From Promethearchaeota archaeon (GTDB lineage: Archaea; Asgardarchaeota; Lokiarchaeia; Sigyniarchaeales; SOKP01), in the NCBI GenBank assembly GCA_048938855.1, contig JBHLLT010000027.1:1-22881 (forward strand): a stretch of 22,881 bases of DNA, read 5' to 3'. Under the pieces are notes generated by a model that saw only the letters and a program-made list of their open reading frames with translations, had not been told where the DNA came from and made no database searches. Position numbers and translations under genes: made by a program. How positions within the stretch are numbered: the first letter of the stretch is position 1; every line of letters starts with the position of its first letter. Positions 17,975 through 22,881 of this stretch are shown piece after piece.

Positions 17975-18997
17975 ATAGTTCAAGTTTCAGATAAAGTAGT
18001 AAATGAAGATGGTAAGCGAGATGCTTTTCTTGGAATCGATATTGGAAGTGTAACTTGTAAATTTGTGCTAATGGATACTGATGGAAATCTTCTTACAAGT
18101 GTATTTTTACGAAATAGAGGATCTCCAATTGATTCTGCTAAAGCAGGGATGGAAGATTTAAGGAAACAGATTGAAGCAAGCGAAGAGTTGCAAGAATATG
18201 AAATACGTTGTTGTGGAACCACGGGCTCAGCAAGATATTTAACAAAAGCTATTGTAGGTGGAGATCTTGCTAAAACAGAAATTATCGCACACGCAGTAGC
18301 TACTCAATCATTGTATCCAGATGTAAGCACAATTTTAGAAATCGGAGGACAAGATTCTAAAATCATTATTTTACGAGATGGGATTATTGTTGATTTTGCA
18401 ATGAATTCTGTATGTGCTGCTGGAACAGGCTCCTTTCTTGATCATCAAGCATCACGACTAGGAATTCCAATTGAACATTTTGGAGATTACGCAGTAAGAT
18501 CTAAAAATCCTGTGAGTATTGCTGGGAGATGCACTGTATTTGCTGAATCAGACATGATACATAAGCAAAATGCAGGATACACTAAGGAGGATATAATTGC
18601 GGGGCTTTGTGAAAGTCTGGTTCGTAATTACATGAATAATTTATCAAAAGGTAAAGAATTAAATGAACCTGTAGTCTTTCAAGGAGGAGTATCTTATAAT
18701 AAAGGTATCGTTCAAGCTTTTGAAAAATACTTGGGTTGCGAAGTTATTGTCCCAAAATATAATGTGTTGATGGGAGCTTTGGGAATGGCAATCCTTGTTA
18801 GAGATCATTATATTGACCATGCACATGAGACATTGTTTAGAGGACTTCATGTGGGTGAATTAGAGTTTATTACATCAACATTTCACTGTGGAGATTGTCC
18901 AAATAATTGTGAAATTGTCCAAGTTAAAATGCCTCAAGATCAAAATAAAGTTATAGCCCGTTGGGGCAGTAGATGTGGAAAATGGGAGGTTTTCTAA
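17975..18997 (+). CDS. CoA-substrate-specific enzyme activase (HgdC/BadFG-type ATPase); true start lies upstream of the ORF-track GTG18065
   Basis: The ASKHA phosphate-1 motif FLGIDIGSVTCK lies in-frame upstream of 18065. Also TGSAR, EIGGQDSK, CAAGTGSF, RCTVFAES, CGDCPNNC...RCGKW. Start uncertain (ATA17975, ATT17969, or ATG17962 with +1 shift). Confidence 0.9.
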   Translation: MVQVSDKVVNEDGKRDAFLGIDIGSVTCKFVLMDTDGNLLTSVFLRNRGSPIDSAKAGMEDLRKQIEASEELQEYEIRCCGTTGSARYLTKAIVGGDLAKTEIIAHAVATQSLYPDVSTILEIGGQDSKIIILRDGIIVDFAMNSVCAAGTGSFLDHQASRLGIPIEHFGDYAVRSKNPVSIAGRCTVFAESDMIHKQNAGYTKEDIIAGLCESLVRNYMNNLSKGKELNEPVVFQGGVSYNKGIVQAFEKYLGCEVIVPKYNVLMGALGMAILVRDHYIDHAHETLFRGLHVGELEFITSTFHCGDCPNNCEIVQVKMPQDQNKVIARWGSRCGKWEVF

Positions 18998-19000
18998 AAA

Positions 19001-19195
19001 ATGACAGAATTTTTAAAACAATTACGGGAATTAGGTGAGGAATTCCTTGAGACTATTAAACATAAGACTAAATTAAGTACGATCTTTGATATATATACAG
19101 AAAAGGTTATTCCTTCATTTGTTTCAGAAAAAGATTTAAAAGAATATTATGAAAAAAGAATGGAAGAAGTTAATGATTTTATAGATAAATTGTAA
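19001..19195 (+). CDS. Small acidic helical hypothetical protein (64 aa) within the activase operon
   Basis: Fills the gap exactly (3 nt after activase stop, 16 nt before next ATG) and has protein-like amphipathic composition. Confidence 0.7.
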   Translation: MTEFLKQLRELGEEFLETIKHKTKLSTIFDIYTEKVIPSFVSEKDLKEYYEKRMEEVNDFIDKL

Positions 19196-19211
19196 TAAGA
19201 GGTAAAAAAAA

Positions 19212-19907
19212 ATGAGTGAAAGTGCAGATACAGAAGTAAAAGAAGAGGGAGATAAATTAAATCCAAAATTAATTGCTTTTGACATGCTTTACGCTGGCGT
19301 AAAGGGTTTAAGCGGATTATTTTTTAAAGCGTTTATGGATTTGAATATCGAAGGGAAAGAGAATATTCCCTTAAGAGGAAAAGCTATTTTAACGACTATT
19401 ACACCGAACATTATCCGTGATATGTTGATTATCGCTCAAGTTTCAGGTCGAAAAATTCATTTTATGCTGGATCCTAAGTTAATGAAACATCAAATAATGG
19501 GACCTGTATTAAAAAGCCTTGGAATGATTCGAGGAACTGAAAGTAAAGAAGATACTGAGCCAATTGAGAAAGTTTTTGAGATTTTAAATGAGAAAGGTGA
19601 TTTAGTAGGTATGACACCTGAATCTAGGCATGATCGAGAAGTTCAAGTGAAATCAATGGCTGCTATAATAAAATTTGCAATTGCTGGAGATGCTCCAATT
19701 ATTCCAATTGCTATTACAACTCACAAGACTAAGATATTAAACATGTTTAATGGAGATGGGATAAAAGTAAAGGTTGGAAATCCTCTACATGTTGAAAAAA
19801 GGTTAAATCGAGAGAAGTATCGAGCAGAACGGTATGAGCTCGCCGAAGATATAATAAATATTATTGATTCTCTTAAAGAAGTACCTGAAGAACAGGAAAC
19901 TATGTAA
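19212..19907 (+). CDS. PlsC/lysophospholipid acyltransferase-fold protein with degenerate catalytic motifs
   Basis: IEGKENIPLRGKAIL, KIHFMLDPKLMK, LKSLGMIR, GMTPE, APIIPIAI, VKVGNPL follow the PlsC blocks, but HxxxxD has no His. GAGGT SD upstream. Confidence 0.8.
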   Translation: MSESADTEVKEEGDKLNPKLIAFDMLYAGVKGLSGLFFKAFMDLNIEGKENIPLRGKAILTTITPNIIRDMLIIAQVSGRKIHFMLDPKLMKHQIMGPVLKSLGMIRGTESKEDTEPIEKVFEILNEKGDLVGMTPESRHDREVQVKSMAAIIKFAIAGDAPIIPIAITTHKTKILNMFNGDGIKVKVGNPLHVEKRLNREKYRAERYELAEDIINIIDSLKEVPEEQETM

Positions 19908-19936
19908 ATTAAGATATATAAAATTGTTAATGTTTA

Positions 19937-19958
19937 TTTTTTACTATTTTTCTTTTTT
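19937..19958 (+). terminator. Clustered oligo-T terminator (T6-T5-T6)
   Basis: T tracts 30-50 nt after the plsC-like stop, between convergent genes. Confidence 0.45.
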
Positions 19959-19979
19959 ATAGATTTTTGTTATAGAGAT

Positions 19980-20951
19980 TTATCCCAATATTCTAAAATT
20001 TATAAGTAAAAAGAATACTAGGACAATTGTCAAAAATATTCCATCATTCCATTTTATCACTTTTTTCATTGAGATCCAATTAAAATAGAGAATTAAAATC
20101 AGTAGAATTATCCAATTCCAAAATATTATCCATGATGTGACAAATTTCATTAAAATTGTTGCAGTAATACCGAAAGTGAGTGTTAAATTCCAGAAGACTT
20201 TCCCAATCATCCCTCCTAAGCCGATTTCAATACTCTTTTTTTTAACAGATTTTATAACTAGTGTCAATTCTTCTACATTTGTCACAAAAGCAATAATAAC
20301 AAATCCAAAGAATGTTTCTGGAAGATTAGTGATTAATAAGATTTGTTCTGTCGAAAAAATTAATAATTCTCCACCTAAAAATATGCAGATAAAGCTAATG
20401 ACAATTGCTAATATTTTTTTAAATTTTGGTTTGTTTCTTAATTCACTGATTTCAATATCATAACTTAGACCATTCTCTTTTGAAATTGCTTGAACTGCAC
20501 TTTCAGTAGATAAATTTCTTATATTCTTAATTAAATAAATAAAATATACAAAAATTACTATTATTCCGACCATTAAAAATCCAAACTCAATTATCGTCCC
20601 AGCTAAAACCAAAAAAATACAAATATATAATAATGAGAAGTAAAATTGAGGCAGGGATTTAAAATGGATGCTATGAAAGAAAGCTGGGACAGCAAAACTT
20701 ATTGTTAAGGCTATTATTGAATTACCTATAACATTTCCAACAGCGATATAAGATAATCCACTTGAAGCTGCAATAATGGAAGCAATTGATTCTTCTGGAT
20801 CAATTCCAATAATTAATGCTCCAATAATAAAAGGAGACAATCCATATATTATGCACACCTCTTTTAGATTGTCTAGAAAAACGTCTGCAGCAAAAAAAAT
20901 CATCATATAACCTACAATAAAGAGTGGAATCCAAAGAATTAGTTCTATCAT
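19980..20951 (-). CDS. Sodium:calcium antiporter family (CaCA, YrbG/NCX_Mj-like), divergent alpha-repeats
   Basis: Two 5-TM halves with a central loop; alpha-1 GIDPEES...AVGNVIGNSI, alpha-2 FVTNVEEL...GGMIGKVFWN. Confidence 0.85.
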   Translation of the reverse strand: MIELILWIPLFIVGYMMIFFAADVFLDNLKEVCIIYGLSPFIIGALIIGIDPEESIASIIAASSGLSYIAVGNVIGNSIIALTISFAVPAFFHSIHFKSLPQFYFSLLYICIFLVLAGTIIEFGFLMVGIIVIFVYFIYLIKNIRNLSTESAVQAISKENGLSYDIEISELRNKPKFKKILAIVISFICIFLGGELLIFSTEQILLITNLPETFFGFVIIAFVTNVEELTLVIKSVKKKSIEIGLGGMIGKVFWNLTLTFGITATILMKFVTSWIIFWNWIILLILILYFNWISMKKVIKWNDGIFLTIVLVFFLLINFRILG

Positions 20952-20957
20952 TTTAAT

Positions 20958-21578
20958 TTATTTCTCAATTTTATTCCAATGGATAAAGATCTGGAATTTA
21001 AACTTTTTATCTTTATATTCACCATCACTTATAGCAGAGAATTCAAATCCATTGTGTTTATGCCAATAAATTGATGCTTTATTGAATAAAGGTTTTTCTA
21101 CAATAAAAGCAACAATTGGTGTATTAATTTCTAATAAGGCTTTTTTAAAAATAGAAGTAGCTATTCCTTTCCGTTTATATTCTGGTAATAGACTAATTTG
21201 ATCTAAATAAGCAAATTCCGTATCATTATTTAGAAGTAAATCTTTTGTTCTATTATTTTCAAAGGAAAGATTACCTATAACATCACGTACTTTGATTATA
21301 TCATATTTCTTAATATAGAAGCTTGCAAAACCAAGGATATTTCCCTCCTGATCTTTCGCAACAAAAATTTGAGTGTTTGGACCATTAATTAAGTTCTCAT
21401 AATATCCAATTCCTACTTCTTTTCTTAGAAAACCTTGATTTTCTAATTCTTTCTTTTGTTCCTGTATAGTTTCATCGAGATCTCTTATTTCAACAAGATT
21501 TTGTTTAAAAACATTATAAATACCAGGAGAATCTTCAAACCTCGCAATACTTACATTGAAGGTTAATTTCTTTACCAT
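20958..21578 (-). CDS. GNAT family N-acetyltransferase
   Basis: IFVAKD..NILGFA, AYLDQISLLPEYKRKGIAT (acetyl-CoA motif A), NKASIYWHKHNGF. Start ATG21578 (or TTG21587); 6 nt from the antiporter gene. Confidence 0.88.
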   Translation of the reverse strand: MVKKLTFNVSIARFEDSPGIYNVFKQNLVEIRDLDETIQEQKKELENQGFLRKEVGIGYYENLINGPNTQIFVAKDQEGNILGFASFYIKKYDIIKVRDVIGNLSFENNRTKDLLLNNDTEFAYLDQISLLPEYKRKGIATSIFKKALLEINTPIVAFIVEKPLFNKASIYWHKHNGFEFSAISDGEYKDKKFKFQIFIHWNKIEK

Positions 21579-21754
21579 ACTTATCAACTGTTTATATACA
21601 AAAAAAAGTTAGTTTTTTAATTCTTCTAACCTAAATAATGATATTAGTTTTTAATATAAGGAGATTATTATAAATTTTTGAGGAATGTGGTGTGTAATAT
21701 TAATTTTAGAGGTATATTAACTAAGTAAACGCAAAAAATAAGTAAAGGATCACT

Positions 21755-22881
21755 ATGGTTGATTATATTAAATTAGAAGGAAATCCCTTTGATAGAGGAT
21801 TCCAACAAGGAGAGCAACTAAAGGATAAAATCCATACTATGTTTGATGTTGTTTTTCATTCTAAAATGTTTTCAGAAGTCACTTCTAAAATAATACCCCT
21901 ATCAATAATCAAGCTTGCTTTAGGTATTATGGGTAAAAGAAATATAAAAAAATCTTTACAAGAATTACTACCAAATCAAAGTGAGAAATTAAATGCTCTG
22001 AGTAAAGCATCCAGTTTAAGTAACAGATTACTATATGGTGCTCATTTTATTGAAGTGATGTCTGGAAATCCAAACTCTCTTTATAAAAATCCTCCAGTCC
22101 AAACCTGTTCGATGATTTTCGCACTTCCAAAAGCTACATCAAATAATACAATGATTTTTGGAAGAAATTACGATTTTCCTAATGTTCTTCAACCCTTCCA
22201 AGTAGTTCGTGAAGAAGTGCCTGATACTGGTTATAGCAATTTAAATTTTACTCAATATCCATTGATTGGTTGTCATATGGGTTTGAATGAGAAAGGTTTG
22301 GCTATAGGATATAACTATGGGCGTTCTTGGAAAAAAAATCCACTTGATTTTAGGTTAAAAGGTGTTCCAGGAACATTTATTGTTCAAGAAGTCTTAGAAA
22401 CTTGCGCAACGACTCAAGAAGCTATTGATTTTATTACTAAATTTCCTTATCGGTCGAATGGCTGTCATTATGGATTAATAGATACCTCTGGTGATGTATG
22501 CGTTATCGAGACTACAAGTACCAGACATGCTATTCGTCGACCGGAGGACGGAATTTTAGCTCACACAAATCATTATCAGACACCAAAACTTAAAGATGCT
22601 AATTTACCAGAATACGTGCGTTTCAAAATGGATGATATGGATATAAATCCTATAGAATCTCCAATAAGGCGTTATCAGAGAGAAATTGAGTTATTGAAAA
22701 AATATAATGGTCAAATTAATATTGAAATTTTCAAAAATATCTTAAGTGATCATGATACCAGAGAACCTGATGATTTTACAGTCTGTACGCATGGTCCTGC
22801 TGCGGGAACTCTAGGTTCAATAATTGTTCTTCCGAGTAAGAATGAATTTTGGGTCACTGATAATCATCCATGTAATTCTGA
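21755..22881 (+). CDS. C45 family autoproteolytic acyltransferase/hydrolase (Ntn-hydrolase, AAT-like); 3'-truncated and absent from the ORF track
   Basis: Manual translation: MVDYIKLEGNPFDRGFQQGEQLK...PVQT-CSMIF (Cys nucleophile)...IFGRNYD...GLNEKGLAIGYN...EVLETCATTQEAI...HTNHY...ILSDH...VCTH; open to the window end. Confidence 0.9.
   Translation, partial: MVDYIKLEGNPFDRGFQQGEQLKDKIHTMFDVVFHSKMFSEVTSKIIPLSIIKLALGIMGKRNIKKSLQELLPNQSEKLNALSKASSLSNRLLYGAHFIEVMSGNPNSLYKNPPVQTCSMIFALPKATSNNTMIFGRNYDFPNVLQPFQVVREEVPDTGYSNLNFTQYPLIGCHMGLNEKGLAIGYNYGRSWKKNPLDFRLKGVPGTFIVQEVLETCATTQEAIDFITKFPYRSNGCHYGLIDTSGDVCVIETTSTRHAIRRPEDGILAHTNHYQTPKLKDANLPEYVRFKMDDMDINPIESPIRRYQREIELLKKYNGQINIEIFKNILSDHDTREPDDFTVCTHGPAAGTLGSIIVLPSKNEFWVTDNHPCNS

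Noticed and set aside
19001-19195. Acyl carrier protein call for the 64-aa ORF
   Set aside because: No (D/E)SL phosphopantetheine attachment motif.
13744-20463. ORFs 13744-13965, 15037-15249, 15239-15454, 16750-16965, 17980-18222, 18659-18850 (all -) and 20137-20463(+)
   Set aside because: Antisense to well-supported genes; their composition mirrors the sense strand (for example F/L-rich opposite a Lys-rich tail).
1-22881. CRISPR arrays, tRNA/rRNA genes, transposases, integrases, SECIS or selenoprotein recoding
   Set aside because: No regularly spaced repeats, GC-rich structured RNA segments, recombinase motifs or internal TGA at Cys positions seen by eye; a covariance-model search was not possible.

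Overview
AT-rich (roughly 30% GC by eye) prokaryotic DNA. The gene content, TATA-like upstream boxes, oligo-T gene ends and mix of leaderless-looking and GGAGG/GAGGT/GGTGA starts suggest an anaerobic archaeon, probably Asgard (Lokiarchaeia/Promethearchaeota-like); this taxonomy is an inference. The window holds three separate ATP-dependent [4Fe-4S] activase plus reductase/dehydratase modules of the HgdC/BadFG plus COG3580/COG3581 type: <1-2249, 2635-7004 and 16769-19907. The middle module has the two-gene architecture of the anaerobic plasmalogen synthase PlsA/PlsR, also related to glycerol ester reductase Ger, and a FadR(YsiA)-like operator palindrome lies upstream of it. The third module appears to be co-transcribed with a small unknown protein and a PlsC-fold acyltransferase lacking its catalytic His. 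Between the modules are trmO/tsaA, a secreted CocE/NonD hydrolase, a PepD-like dipeptidase, a TIGR04076 protein, a UbiA prenyltransferase, several membrane or surface proteins and a beta-helix gene broken by an amber codon. The window ends with a divergent CaCA antiporter, a GNAT and a 3'-truncated C45 Ntn-hydrolase missed by the ORF track. I saw no RNA genes, CRISPR arrays or mobile elements. Best candidate for a novel system: an archaeal multi-paralog PlsAR/Ger-like ester-to-ether lipid (re)modelling locus. The competing explanation is 2-hydroxyacyl-CoA dehydration in amino-acid fermentation.
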